Shown piece after piece: positions 1 through 10,876 of a stretch of 64,000 bases of DNA; position 1 is the stretch's first letter; every line of letters starts with the position of its first letter. The position numbers and the translations under genes are program-made. Under the pieces are notes generated by a model. The model was not told where the DNA came from, made no database searches, and worked only from the letters and a program-made list of their open reading frames with translations. The stretch is from positions 608,001 through 672,000 of the forward strand of contig OY970166.1 of assembly GCA_963706595.1 (NCBI GenBank), written 5' to 3'. The DNA is from an uncultured cyanobacterium. GTDB lineage: Bacteria > Cyanobacteriota > Cyanobacteriia > Cyanobacteriales > Nostocaceae.

Positions 1-273
1 ACGACGCAGTTTGAACACTGGTCGTTTTATAACGAAACTGAAAATCAAATTGAGTCGTATTTACGCAGTTTGCGATCGCAATCTGTAGAATTACGCGCTC
101 TCAATCTGACTGTTAATTTTGATCCGGGGGAAACTATCCACACGGAAATTTCCCGCAAATTTGACCTCAAAATTATTCAAGAGCAACTCACCGCCAGGGG
201 TTTAGTACCTCTGAATGTGTGGACTGATCCTAATCAGTGGTTTGGTTTGTTGCTCTGTCAACGGCAAGCATAA
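1..273 (+). CDS. egtD: L-histidine N-alpha-methyltransferase (ergothioneine pathway), 3' end; truncated by window edge
   Basis: Frame is open from base 1 (TTQFEHWSFYNETENQIESYLRSLRSQ...GETIHTEISRKFD). The ETIHTEISRKF motif is typical of the EgtD C-terminus. Confidence 0.85.
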   Translation, partial: TTQFEHWSFYNETENQIESYLRSLRSQSVELRALNLTVNFDPGETIHTEISRKFDLKIIQEQLTARGLVPLNVWTDPNQWFGLLLCQRQA

Positions 274-390
274 AGAGGCAGAGGGGCAGGGGGCAGGGTG
301 CAGGGGAGAAGAGGAACTGTTGTTAAGTAACCGGAAGTTTAAAGTAATTTTTAACTCCCCCTTGCTCCCTGCTCCCCGCTCCCCTGCCTC
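274..390. repeat. Short tandem heptamer repeats (STRR-like, GGGGCAG / GCTCCCC), opposite orientations
   Basis: gaggcagaggggcagggggcagggtgcaggggag at 275-308 and ctcccccttgctccctgctccccgctcccctgcctc at about 355-390. Confidence 0.7.
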
Positions 391-487
391 TTTTTCTGTA
401 ACTTTGCCAAACGATACAAAAAAATGTCCCAATTTTTGCCAAGATAATAGTATTATTTTTCCAAAAATTCAATTGGCAATAATCGGC

Positions 488-1219
488 ATGAGTGAAAAAC
501 TAATAGAAAGCAACGGGAAAGGTTTCCTCGTTTTACTTTTGCCAATCTCGTTTTTGATTATTTTCCTGGTTGCTACCTGGAGAATTTTACTGGCAATTCT
601 GATGTTGGCCATTGGTTTCCAAGTTTGGCAACAATATCAATGGCAACAGTGGTCTGGGAAAGTTAATCCAGTTTTCCATGAAATGATTCGGGAAACTCAA
701 GGCAAGATTACGCCAATGGATTTGGCAATGAGGGGAAATTTTTCGGGGACAACGGCAAAACGCTATTTGGATAGTAAGGCTAATGAATTCGGTGCCAGTA
801 TCCAAAATTCACAAGACGGGGGTGAGGTTTATTACTTTATCAATGCCAGTATTCTGGGCGATATCCTTGATAGTAGTGAACCAACTCAAGAGCTTTTAGC
901 TCAACCAGTGACTAAAACTGCGCGCTCGCTTTTAGCTGCACCAGAACCCCAGTCAGTGGAGTCAGAACCGGAAACTGAAGCACCACCCCCAGAAACCCAT
1001 CAAGAAGTTAAGCGATCGCTCGAACAACAGTTAATTTTTGGTTCTCTGATCCAATCAGAGCTGGCCAAGCGGCTGAATGTTTACTCCAGCACAGTTTACA
1101 AACGCCGCAATGATCCAGAGTTTCCAGAATGGTGTCGTAATAAAGACCCTGATGGTATCGCCTGGACATACTCAGAAAAAACGAAGGAGTTTTTCCCATT
1201 GGAGGAAGAGGAAGGTTAA
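488..1219 (+). CDS. Hypothetical membrane protein
   Basis: Likely start is the ATG at 488 (MSEKLIES), because the upstream part of the 215 ORF is repeat DNA. Two N-terminal hydrophobic helices, then soluble HTH-like segments. Confidence 0.7.
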   Translation: MSEKLIESNGKGFLVLLLPISFLIIFLVATWRILLAILMLAIGFQVWQQYQWQQWSGKVNPVFHEMIRETQGKITPMDLAMRGNFSGTTAKRYLDSKANEFGASIQNSQDGGEVYYFINASILGDILDSSEPTQELLAQPVTKTARSLLAAPEPQSVESEPETEAPPPETHQEVKRSLEQQLIFGSLIQSELAKRLNVYSSTVYKRRNDPEFPEWCRNKDPDGIAWTYSEKTKEFFPLEEEEG

Positions 1220-1251
1220 CCAAGAGCAAAGGGAGTTATTTTGTTTCCAAC

Positions 1252-1310
1252 TCTCCCTTGCTCCCTGCTCCCTGCGCCCCTGCCTCTTAACTGCTCCCTG
1301 CTCCCTTGCC
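1252..1310. repeat. STRR-like heptamer tract (TGCTCCC)n between convergent genes
   Basis: ctcccttgctccctgctccctgcgcccctgcctc...tgctccctgctcccttgcc. Confidence 0.7.
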
Positions 1311-1312
1311 TT

Positions 1313-2440
1313 TTATTCGCCTCTACCTACGGCTTCGCTGATGGAATTTAACTGATTTTTTTGCAGTTGTAAAAGCAAACCCTCTAAAATCCGGCGTACC
1401 ATCATCGGTCCTTCGTAAATCCAGCCTGTATAGACTTGAATTAAACTTGCACCAGCCGTGATTTTTTCCCAAGCGTCTTCCGGGGTAAAAATGCCACCAA
1501 CGCCGATAATGGGGATTTGTCCTTGGGTTTGCTGCCAAATAAACCGGATGACTTCAGTGGAGCGATCGCGTACTGGCGCACCGCTAATTCCCCCGGCTTC
1601 ATCCTGGGGTGATGTACCTGTTTGTTTAATTACTTGAGTTTTCAAGCCATCACGGCGGATGGTGGTGTTGGTGGCAATAATTCCGGCTAGTTGGTAAGTT
1701 TTGGCTAAATCAATAATGTCAGCGATCGCCTCCCATTCTAAATCCGGCGCAATCTTCACAAATATTGGCTTTTGTGTATTATTTTCTTGCTGTAATAAAT
1801 CCAAGATAGAACCGAGCATGGCAGCATCTTGGAGCGATCGCAACCCAGGAGTATTGGGAGAAGAGACATTCACTACAAAATAGTCACCCAAATCTTGCAG
1901 TGTGCGAAAACTGTTAAGATAATCTTCTCCAGCTGCCTCCAATGGTGTCACCTTAGATTTACCCAAATTTATCCCTATGGGAATTGGCCAGGCTAACTTT
2001 TGCTTTTCTTGTGCTAACCTTGTAGCCATTGCTGCGGCTCCGCTATTATTAAAACCCATGCGATTGAGAGCAGCGTGATCCAATGGCAAGCGAAATAAAC
2101 GGGGGCGGGGGTTTCCTGGTTGTGCTACAAAGGTGACAGTTCCTAATTCAGCAAAGCCAAAACCCAGACTAGACCAAATATTGGCAGCAAGTCCATCTTT
2201 ATCAAAACCAGCTGCTAATCCTAAAGGATTGGGAAAATTAAGCCCAAACAAATTTTGTTCCAGGCGTGGATCTTTCAGACACAAAGACTGTTGTAGACGT
2301 TGATTTAACCAATAAGCCGAAGGGTTGCTACTCTGTGAGAGCCAGCTTAAACTCCGAATTGTCTGCTGATGTAACCACTCTGGATCTGCTTTGACCAGAT
2401 TAAACAATAGTGGACGAATTGCAACTTGATAAATATCCAT
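1313..2440 (-). CDS. pyrD: Quinone-dependent dihydroorotate dehydrogenase (class 2)
   Basis: Motifs [53 protein letters not shown]. Confidence 0.97.
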   Translation of the reverse strand: MDIYQVAIRPLLFNLVKADPEWLHQQTIRSLSWLSQSSNPSAYWLNQRLQQSLCLKDPRLEQNLFGLNFPNPLGLAAGFDKDGLAANIWSSLGFGFAELGTVTFVAQPGNPRPRLFRLPLDHAALNRMGFNNSGAAAMATRLAQEKQKLAWPIPIGINLGKSKVTPLEAAGEDYLNSFRTLQDLGDYFVVNVSSPNTPGLRSLQDAAMLGSILDLLQQENNTQKPIFVKIAPDLEWEAIADIIDLAKTYQLAGIIATNTTIRRDGLKTQVIKQTGTSPQDEAGGISGAPVRDRSTEVIRFIWQQTQGQIPIIGVGGIFTPEDAWEKITAGASLIQVYTGWIYEGPMMVRRILEGLLLQLQKNQLNSISEAVGRGE

Positions 2441-2544
2441 GTAAATTTACCCAGAATTTACGGTAATCATCCGTAGTTATATTGAGTCAGGATGTTTTTC
2501 TGGGCATCTTAATATATTACAAGCTAAGTTGATCAATAACTCAG

Positions 2545-5416
2545 ATGAGGCAGCCACAAAAATCTTCCCCCGACGAACAACAGATCCTTGCCTTGTGCCG
2601 CGTCCTCCAAAGCTTGAGAGAAGAGGATGATGTTGACGTTCTGATTGCAACTACTATTTCCTATATTCAACAACAGTTTGACTACAGTCTGATTTGGATC
2701 GCTCTTTATGATCGCCACCAGCACACATTATCTGGCAAAGGCGGCGTTACACCTGACCAGGACACGAGTTTTTTACACAAACGGGTGGTTCTGCATCCAG
2801 GCGACATCTTAGAGCAAGTAGTTATTGAACAAGGACCATTAGGTGTAGTAGATTTACGTAACGAAACCCGTGCCAAAACATGGCAAGAAGTCGGCAAAAA
2901 GTTTAACATTCAGGGAACAATTTTTTGGCCAATTCGCCATAAAAAGCGGTTTTTAGGGTTATTATTACTCGGTTCAGAACGTTGGGGTTACTTAATTCCA
3001 GGAGACTCAAAAACACGATTGACCATCGTTTTAGGGCAACTAGCAGCAGTCCTCTATCAAAAAGAGATAGATTTGCAGCAACAGCAAACTAAACGCCCTG
3101 ATGAACCATTATTACAATTACTAGAAAATATCCGCGTCCTCAGTAATCTCGATCAAAGGCTGAAAGCAGTAGTAGAAGCAACTCATCAATTTGTCTCTCC
3201 CAGTCGGACAAATATTTATTGGTTTGACCGACAAGGGCGTTATTTTTGGTGTCGGATGAGCGATCATCTGGTGAATATCGGTCGTGATTATGGTGATCAA
3301 CAACCAGCACCAGGAATGACAGTGCAAGAGTTGAGCGAGTTATATTATGCTTTGTCAGTGAATGAAATTGTCTGGATTGGCGATGCACGTAGTTCTCTCA
3401 AAAGCCACTTTACGGCGAAATTGTTAAAACGCTTGCAGGTGCGATCGCTATTGGCAGCTCCTATTTTATGGCAAAAGGATCTACTAGGTTTTTTGGCGGT
3501 GGAAGATCATCAACCGCGCATTTGGGCGGAGGCAGATAAAAGTTTTGTCCAAGGCGCTGCGGGGCTAATCTCTTTAGTTGCTCCCATTGACAGCATGGAA
3601 AGCACCATCAAACAAATTCAAGATGATACTCAGACTGACTAGCCAAGTTGCCCAAGCTATCTATCACAAGCATGAATTTCACGAAACTCTCCGCGCCTGT
3701 GCAAAAAAAGTTCTGGCTCGACTAGCTGCTACCCGCCTTTTACTATTACAATACGACGCTGACCAAAATAATTATCAAATTATCTACCAAAGTCAACCTC
3801 ATAATCGCCGACCTTTGACATCTGCTTTCCATAATCTCGTAGAAGTAGATAGTTCTTTATTAAACTATGCTACTACCGCCGTCGAGGTAGAGAAATTAGA
3901 CGAAGATTTTCGGTTTTTTAACTGGCGAAATCAACTGGTAGAAAATGGTGTGCGATCGCTGTTAATTTGTAATTGTACTCAGGGTCATAGAGCAAAAGTG
4001 CTGCTGCTGATTGCTCACGAAACCCATCGCACTTGGTCAACCTTGGAAAAAGAACTGCTGTGGGTCGTTAGTCAACAAGTTGGCGTGATTGTCCAGCAAT
4101 GGCAACTCAAAACTGATAATGAGCAACAGCAGAAGGTGTTGCACAGCATTCAGCAATGCCTACGGATTCTGGAACAGAGTGAGCAAAGTCAAACCACTGA
4201 AACCGGGGCAAAGCATCTAGAACGGACTGTACTCGCACAAATAGCATCTGTTCTCGGCTGCCCCTTGGTATTCATGTTATCTTGGTCCTCTGGTCAAACT
4301 TATGCAGAAATTATCGAATCCACTAATAATGAATTTGAAATTGTTGCGAATGCAAAAATAACTGTTAAGTCTGAAGCTCTGATCCAGTGGGCGCTTTCCC
4401 AAAATGGTTACTTGAGTTTAACCGTAGATGATTTACCACTGGAAACCAGAAAATGGTTTAATTTTTCAGGAATTGGTCAAATTTTAATCATCGCATTACG
4501 TACTGCTGCTGCTTATCAACCCACAGGCGTGGTAGTGATAGCAGACAGTATGCAGCGTAAATGGTCCGAGCTAAGTCTTGACGCTACAGAAACACTAGTT
4601 ATTCAATTAGCTTGGTCCCTTCGTCAACAGCAAATAACCCAACTGTTAGAGTCTACTAACCAGGAATTACAACAACTCAATTGGTATAAACATAGTCGGC
4701 TGGAGGAAATTCAAAGAACAACAGCCCTGTTACTGGGACAAATACATGATTTGGGTATTCCCAGTAATGATCTGACGCGGACACGTTACCAGTTACTATT
4801 GCAGCAGTTAGACCAGACCACAGCCTCTATAACTGGATTAATCAAGCTGGAAAAATGGCAGTTACATAAGAGTGGGGAAACTATGCCCATCTCCAGTTTA
4901 CTTAAGCGATCGCTCGAACGAGTAGAAACTTTATTTCAGCAACACAAGTTATGGGTGGGTGTGCATGGTTTGGGACAATCGGGTGCAGAACCGGAAGCAG
5001 TAACTAGTTCTTTATTCCTACCAGGGATTCAGACCCCAACCTATCCCTCCTCAATGGCGATCACTGGTGATATTGTCAAAATTGAATTAGTTCTGCACGA
5101 ATTATTAGTATTTGCCTGTCAGCGTTCTCAACAAGGTGGCAGAATTGATATCTGGTGTCGCCGTTTAGATGAGCAATTACTGGAGTTATCAATTACAGAT
5201 AATGGCATCATTGAAGCCAAGCTACTCGAAGAGCTACATCACAATACACCCAAGGATGTGCTAGCAGTTTCTCTCCTCAAGCAACCTCCAGGCTTACACC
5301 TGCTGATTTGTCAAAACCTCATGCAGGAACTAGGAGGAGAATTGTATATCTATCAATTACCAGATAACCGGGTAGTCAGCCGCTTACTATTGCCATTAGC
5401 TGCCAAAAATTATTAG
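2545..5416 (+). CDS. Multi-GAF sensor with degenerate C-terminal histidine-kinase-like domain; split by a +1 frameshift near 3634
   Basis: ORFs 2545-3642 and 3578-5416 overlap. Removing one base from cagactgact gives ...QDDTQLTSQVAQ. Several GAF repeats (e.g. VRSLLAAPILWQKDLLGFL); C-terminus has ELVLHELL...SITDNG. Confidence 0.8.
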
Positions 5417-5502
5417 AAAATTTATCCCCCCTTTGTAGCAAACTCGTATAATAACTCTCCATCGCTCTCAAAATTCACACTCAAATCTGTACAGTATTGA
5501 TC

Positions 5503-5658
5503 ATGGGACGAGTTCGTTCTAAATCCGACCTACCTAGCAAAATCTGTCCGGTATGTCAACGCCCCTTTACTTGGCGAAAGAAATGGCAAGATTGCTGGGA
5601 TGAAGTGAAATACTGCTCAGAACGTTGCCGTCGTCGCCGTTCGGAAACCAAAAATTAA
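5503..5658 (+). CDS. DUF2256-family small protein (51 aa; below the ORF-track size cutoff)
   Basis: Translated by hand: MGRVRSKSDLPSKICPVCQRPFTWRKKWQDCWDEVKYCSERCRRRRSETKN*. The CxxCxRPFxWRKKW...YCSxRC pattern is characteristic. Confidence 0.9.
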   Translation: MGRVRSKSDLPSKICPVCQRPFTWRKKWQDCWDEVKYCSERCRRRRSETKN

Positions 5659-5762
5659 AGCGACTGGGGAGACTGGGAAAAAGGTTTCCTAATCACCAAT
5701 ACCCCATTTATAGTTAAACCAACTGAAACAACAGACGCAAATAGCGCAAGGGTTATAAATAG

Positions 5763-6716
5763 ATGAATTTACAGGTGCAACCTAAAGTAATTATTCATGG
5801 AGGAGCTGGTAGTTCTCTCCACGGTAAAGGAGGATTAGAGTCGGTACGCCGATCACTCTATACAGTAGTAGAGGCAGTCTATTCTCTTCTACTGTCAGGC
5901 GCAACTGCATCTGAGGCGGTGTTACTGGGTTGCCAAATGTTAGAAGATGACCCCCGCTTTAATGCTGGTACTGGTTCGGTACTACAATCTGATGGTCAAA
6001 TCCGCATGAGTGCTTCTTTGATGGATGGCACATCAGGGCGTTTTAGTGGTGTAATTAATATTTCGCGGGTGAAAAATCCGATTGAGTTGGTACACTTTTT
6101 GCAAAGTTCGCCAGATCGGGTACTTTCAGATTACGGTGCGGCTGAATTGGCACGGGAGTTACAAGTTCCCGTATTCAATGGTTTAACTGATTTAAGACTA
6201 AATGAATGGATGCAGGAACGCCGGGATAATTTTAAAAGCACTATGGCTGGTGTGGTTGCAGAACCGGAATTAGTAGAAAGCAGTAATGCTGGACGTGGCA
6301 CTATTGGTGTCGTCGTTTTAGATTCATCCGGTGGGTTGGCTGTTGGCACTTCTACTGGTGGTAAAGGCTTTGAGCGCATTGGTAGAGTCAGTGATTCTGC
6401 TATGCCCGCAGGTAATTATGCGACTAGTCATGCGGCAGTTAGCTGTACTGGTATTGGGGAAGATATCATTGATGAATGTTTAGCCGCTAAGATTGTGGTG
6501 CGGGTAACTGATGGTATGTCTCTTCAGGATGCTATGCAGCGCTCGTTTACGGAAGCGAGTAAAAATCAGCGCGATTTGGGTGCGATCGCCATCGAAGCCA
6601 CTGGCGCGATATCATGGGGTAAAACTAGCGAGGTGTTACTTGCTGCCTACCATGATGGAGAAAAAATTGGCGATACTTTGGAATGGAATAATGGAGAATT
6701 AGTTGGCTTTTGTTAA
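5763..6716 (+). CDS. Isoaspartyl peptidase / plant-type L-asparaginase (Ntn hydrolase)
   Basis: IIHGGAG, LEDDPRFNAGTGS, autocleavage G-TIGVV, STGG, GRVSDS, CTGIGE. Confidence 0.93.
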   Translation: MNLQVQPKVIIHGGAGSSLHGKGGLESVRRSLYTVVEAVYSLLLSGATASEAVLLGCQMLEDDPRFNAGTGSVLQSDGQIRMSASLMDGTSGRFSGVINISRVKNPIELVHFLQSSPDRVLSDYGAAELARELQVPVFNGLTDLRLNEWMQERRDNFKSTMAGVVAEPELVESSNAGRGTIGVVVLDSSGGLAVGTSTGGKGFERIGRVSDSAMPAGNYATSHAAVSCTGIGEDIIDECLAAKIVVRVTDGMSLQDAMQRSFTEASKNQRDLGAIAIEATGAISWGKTSEVLLAAYHDGEKIGDTLEWNNGELVGFC

Positions 6717-6800
6717 GTGTTTTTTTAACGCATTCGCCGTTAGGCGTTCCCGGAGGGTAGGTTCGCTAAGGTTAACGCAGAGGTTCGCGGAGGGAATTAC

Positions 6801-7223
6801 TCATTTTTGGATTAATTCCAGTGCTTGAGTGAGAATTTCTGGTTTGTTAACTATTGCGGCTAGTTCTTCGGTTTCATAACGTCCTTCTAGTGTTTCAAGC
6901 GCCGCTTTTTTGAGGGCTATTTGATATGCTTGTTGCAGAATATCTATTAATTCTGTCTGATTTAAGTAATTACCACCAGATTTGCGGCGCTTGTTTGTTT
7001 TGTTGATTTCCCGCACTGCATTTTCTATGGAAATCTCCCAAGAGCGAGTGGAACGGTTTTCAGCTTGTTGTTTAATTAAATGGATGAGTAGAATTACGCC
7101 ATAACTATCAATTTTATTGATTTTGTCACTGAGGCTCATTTCTTCTAACTCATCCACTAATAACAAAGCCTCTGGAATTTTACCTTGTTCTAGAAGTTCT
7201 CTGAGTTCTAGTAGTTCTTCCAT
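6801..7223 (-). CDS. DUF29 family protein
   Basis: ELEEMSLSDKINKI...LLIHLIK...RSTRSWEISI...AYQIALKKAALET pattern typical of cyanobacterial DUF29. Confidence 0.75.
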   Translation of the reverse strand: MEELLELRELLEQGKIPEALLLVDELEEMSLSDKINKIDSYGVILLIHLIKQQAENRSTRSWEISIENAVREINKTNKRRKSGGNYLNQTELIDILQQAYQIALKKAALETLEGRYETEELAAIVNKPEILTQALELIQK

Positions 7224-7265
7224 ATTGAATTCAGAATCTTGGCTTTACTTTTTCGTCGTTAATCA

Positions 7266-8630
7266 TTAAGTGGTTTGATTGTCAAGTTTTTTCTTTTGCC
7301 AACCTTTTTTAACGACTTGACGACTACGGGCAATTACTAAAGAATCATTAGGTACATCTTCTGTCACAGTTGAACCTGCGGCTACATAAACATCATCGCC
7401 TAAAGTGACTGGTGCGACTAACACACTATTAGAACCGGTTTTAGTGCGATCGCCTATGTGAGTGGGATGTTTTTTCACGCCGTCGTAGTTAGCAGTAATT
7501 GTACCTGCTCCAATATTTACTTTAGTACCTGTGGTAGTATCACCTAAGTATGATAAATGTGCGGCGTTAGTGCGATCGCCTAACTGAGTATTTTTCAATT
7601 CCACAAAGTTACCCACACGGCAATTAGCACCTACTACCGCATGACCACGTAAATGAGCATAAGGACCAATTTTGCTGCCTGTCTGCACGACGCTATCTGT
7701 AACTACAGAATACTGCACAGTCACATTTTCACCCAATTGGCTATTTTCAATTAAACTCCCAGGACCAATGCAACTCCCGGTTTGAATTGTTGTATTTCCC
7801 CGCAGGTGAGTTTGAGGTTCAATAATCACATCTGGCTGTAATTCTACGGTGTCATCAATGGTAATGCTCTGAGGGTCGATGAGAGTAACACCAGCCGCCA
7901 TCCATTTTTCCTTGACACGTTTTTGGATAATTTCGTAAGCCGTTGCTAGTTGCAGACGATCATTAATCCCCAGAATTTCTTGGTAATCTTCCACATCAAC
8001 AGCCATCACTTTGCCGACTTGAGTCACAGCATCGGTGAGGTAGTATTCTTTCTGGGCATTATTGGCCTGTAAGTGCGGCAAAACCTCAGCTAAATCCGGC
8101 CAATTAAAACAGTAAACCCCAGCGTTAATCCGACGATTTTGTTTTTGAGCCGCATTACAATCCTTCTCTTCCACAATTTGCTGCACAATATTTTCACTAT
8201 CACAAAAAACGCGCCCGTAGCCTTGAGGTTCACTTAGGTGTGAGGTGAGGATGGTGGCGGCGTTACCATTTTCTTCGTGAATTTGTAATAGCTGTTGCAG
8301 AGTTTGGGTGCGTAATAACGGGATATCGCCATTTAACACCAGTAAATCTCCCGTGTAACCCTCAAGGTGAGGTAGTAATTGCTGGATGGCATGACCTGTA
8401 CCCAGCTGTTGAGTCTGTTCGACAAACTCCAAGTTGGGGTACTGCATGGCTGCTTTAACTTGTTGCGCTTGATACCCCACAATCACCATCCGTCGTGAAG
8501 GTGAAAGCGGTTCTACACTGTCGAGAACTCTTTCAACGAGCGATCGCCTACCCAAAGAATGTAAAACTTTGGGTAGGTGTGATTTCATCCTGGTGCCGCG
8601 TCCCGCCGCTAAAATTGCTACAACTACCAT
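7266..8630 (-). CDS. glmU: Bifunctional UDP-GlcNAc pyrophosphorylase / glucosamine-1-phosphate acetyltransferase
   Basis: [48 protein letters not shown], hexapeptide repeats. Confidence 0.98.
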   Translation of the reverse strand: MVVVAILAAGRGTRMKSHLPKVLHSLGRRSLVERVLDSVEPLSPSRRMVIVGYQAQQVKAAMQYPNLEFVEQTQQLGTGHAIQQLLPHLEGYTGDLLVLNGDIPLLRTQTLQQLLQIHEENGNAATILTSHLSEPQGYGRVFCDSENIVQQIVEEKDCNAAQKQNRRINAGVYCFNWPDLAEVLPHLQANNAQKEYYLTDAVTQVGKVMAVDVEDYQEILGINDRLQLATAYEIIQKRVKEKWMAAGVTLIDPQSITIDDTVELQPDVIIEPQTHLRGNTTIQTGSCIGPGSLIENSQLGENVTVQYSVVTDSVVQTGSKIGPYAHLRGHAVVGANCRVGNFVELKNTQLGDRTNAAHLSYLGDTTTGTKVNIGAGTITANYDGVKKHPTHIGDRTKTGSNSVLVAPVTLGDDVYVAAGSTVTEDVPNDSLVIARSRQVVKKGWQKKKLDNQTT

Positions 8631-8836
8631 AATTTAGCTATCAGCTATCAGTGAAGTACGTTTTCGCGCTTTATATCTTAATATATTTAGCTATTGTTTC
8701 TTTTATTCTGTGGAATGGGGAATCCCACACCGTAAACCGACAGGGGTAACTCTGTGGTAGTCAACTCACGTTCAAATCATACCAGTTAATCTAGCCCATA
8801 CCAAAAGCTCCCAAGCAAGGAACATCCACAGGAGAC

Positions 8837-10093
8837 TTAGGGAAAATTATCTTTACCTACCTCATCCCCACTTCTGAAATGAATAAACTCTGTAAACTGC
8901 TGCACTAATTTGGGATTACGCCAACCTAAGTCAGTTTCTTGCTGCATGATAGATATTGCTTCTTCGGAGGTAAACGCTTTTTTATAAGGTCTTTCGCTAG
9001 TTAAAGCATCGTAAATATCAATTATTTGAAATATTTGCGCCAGTAAGGGAATCTCATCCTCTTTTAGTGCATCCGGGTAACCTGATCCATCCCAACGCTC
9101 ATGGTGATGACGAATAATGGGAATTACACCTTGCATACTACGGAGTGGTAAGCAGATTTTTTCCCCAATTAAAACATGTTGCTTCATAATTTCCCAATCT
9201 TCGGGGGTGAGGTGGCCTTTTTTCAGTAGCACCGCATCGGGAATACCCACCTTACCAATATCGTGAAGATAACCACCCCACATTAAATCTCTAATTTTGT
9301 AGCGTGATAGATTCAGGTATTCCCCAAAAGCCTGTCCTAGTTTGACTAACCGTTCGCAGTGATCGCCTGTATTGGGATCACGACTTTCAATAGCCCTGGC
9401 CACAGAAAACAGCACTTTCTCAGCATGGTCTAAGTCTTCATTCAAACGCTTTTGCCGCACCAAAGACTTCACACGTGCTGCTAGTTCTACACGGTCAAAA
9501 GGTTTGCAGAGAAAATCATCCGCCCCGACTTCTATTCCCCGGATGCGCGATCGCCTGTCATTTAAAGCTGTAATAAAAATTATTGGTATGAGCCTAGTCT
9601 GTTCATCTTGCTTGAGCCGCTGACAAACTTCAAACCCATCCATTACTGGCATCATTACATCCAGCAAAATTAAATCTAGTTGTTTCTGTTTTACTAATGC
9701 CAAAGCACTAATACCACTATCAGCCTCAATGACTTTGTACCCTTCCATCGATAAGAGAGCAACAGCAGTCATCCTACTGGCAGTGTTATCATCAACAATT
9801 AAAACTGTTGGTAATTCTGAATCAAAACCGTTCACTAGTTTAGTATCTGTGGTTTGTGGAGTTATAGAAATTAATAAATTGTCACCATAATTAACATCAG
9901 TTTTCATCCCAACAGCAACTACTTGTGTTTGTTCAAGCAAGAAATCATCTTGAGATAAGTCTAAGGTATAACCTGTTAAATTTTGCAGTTCTAATGGATG
10001 ATTGGAATCGATATTATGTACTTTGTTTAAGGGGCTTGACCCTCTAACATTTTTTTCAGTAGAGTCTGTAAACTTGTAACTACATGAAATCAC
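8837..10093 (-). CDS. Response regulator REC + HD-GYP cyclic-dinucleotide phosphodiesterase
   Basis: REC domain (LIVDD...LLDVMMP...FITAL...KPF), then LHDIGK, HHHERWDGSGYP, DIYDALTSERPYK. Start codon uncertain. Confidence 0.92.
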   Translation of the reverse strand: MISCSYKFTDSTEKNVRGSSPLNKVHNIDSNHPLELQNLTGYTLDLSQDDFLLEQTQVVAVGMKTDVNYGDNLLISITPQTTDTKLVNGFDSELPTVLIVDDNTASRMTAVALLSMEGYKVIEADSGISALALVKQKQLDLILLDVMMPVMDGFEVCQRLKQDEQTRLIPIIFITALNDRRSRIRGIEVGADDFLCKPFDRVELAARVKSLVRQKRLNEDLDHAEKVLFSVARAIESRDPNTGDHCERLVKLGQAFGEYLNLSRYKIRDLMWGGYLHDIGKVGIPDAVLLKKGHLTPEDWEIMKQHVLIGEKICLPLRSMQGVIPIIRHHHERWDGSGYPDALKEDEIPLLAQIFQIIDIYDALTSERPYKKAFTSEEAISIMQQETDLGWRNPKLVQQFTEFIHFRSGDEVGKDNFP

Positions 10094-10203
10094 AAAAGCA
10101 CCCCACTCTTAAAAAAAATTAACAGTGTCCGACTGCAAAAACAAATTTATGACTTCACCATATTACACTTAAAAATCAGGCAATTTATAGACATTCCTTT
10201 AGG

Positions 10204-10322
10204 CTAGTACCGCAAGGCGTTTGTGAGGAGGGGCATATTGCAATACGCCCGTACAAAAAGCCCATGAAATCAGCTTTTCGTTGATTTCCAATGGTTGTCC
10301 TATTTACGCCGTGTTGTACTAG
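10204..10322. mobile_element. MITE-like dispersed repeat with CTAGTAC...GTACTAG ends (copy A)
   Basis: Ends ctagtaccgcaaggcg and tatttacgccgtgttgtactag recur in inverse orientation at 13238-13334. Confidence 0.7.
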
Positions 10323-10619
10323 TTATCTAAACGGTTTCTTAAAAAAAAATTTGTATCTTATTTTAAGATCACAACCGTGTTTCGGTTTTTGCAAATTATT
10401 AAAAACTGCTATTTACATAGCAATATAAATATTTGCTATGTAAATTACTCAACTTTTTATCTCAGAAGAAAAATTGCTCAAATTACGCGTAACTGCAATC
10501 AGATTTTTTACCGACATTGCTTTATATAGAAGCATCAAGAAAATATCATCATCTTTTGAACCAGATTAAAATTCTGTATTTAGAGGTGATTGTTTGGCAT
10601 TATTCAGATCAAAATGTAT

Positions 10620-10797
10620 GTAAATCAGTCGGCGTGAAAATTTTAATGTATTTCATTGCTAGTGTAACGTATCGCTAAAGCGAAAGCTCCGCTAACGCGG
10701 GGCTTGGCGTTAACCATAGTGGAACTTGCAATCGCAAAAGTCTTAGGGATTTTACATTCTGTTACATAGTTACGTTTATTTGTGCCGACTTACTTAG
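10620..10797. mobile_element. MITE-like element with imperfect terminal inverted repeats
   Basis: Left end taaatcagtcggcgtgaa, right end tttgtgccgacttactta, with an internal GC-rich hairpin insert. Confidence 0.5.
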
Positions 10798-10876
10798 CTT
10801 AAAATACAAGGGTGAGATTGAGTAAAGTTTTCTAAATCTGATATTGCACTTTTATTTAGTATATCTTGAGTAATTT

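Noticed and set aside
215..487. N-terminal extension of the 334-aa ORF, and ORF 202-432
   Set aside because: Overlaps egtD and heptamer repeats; the real start is probably 488.
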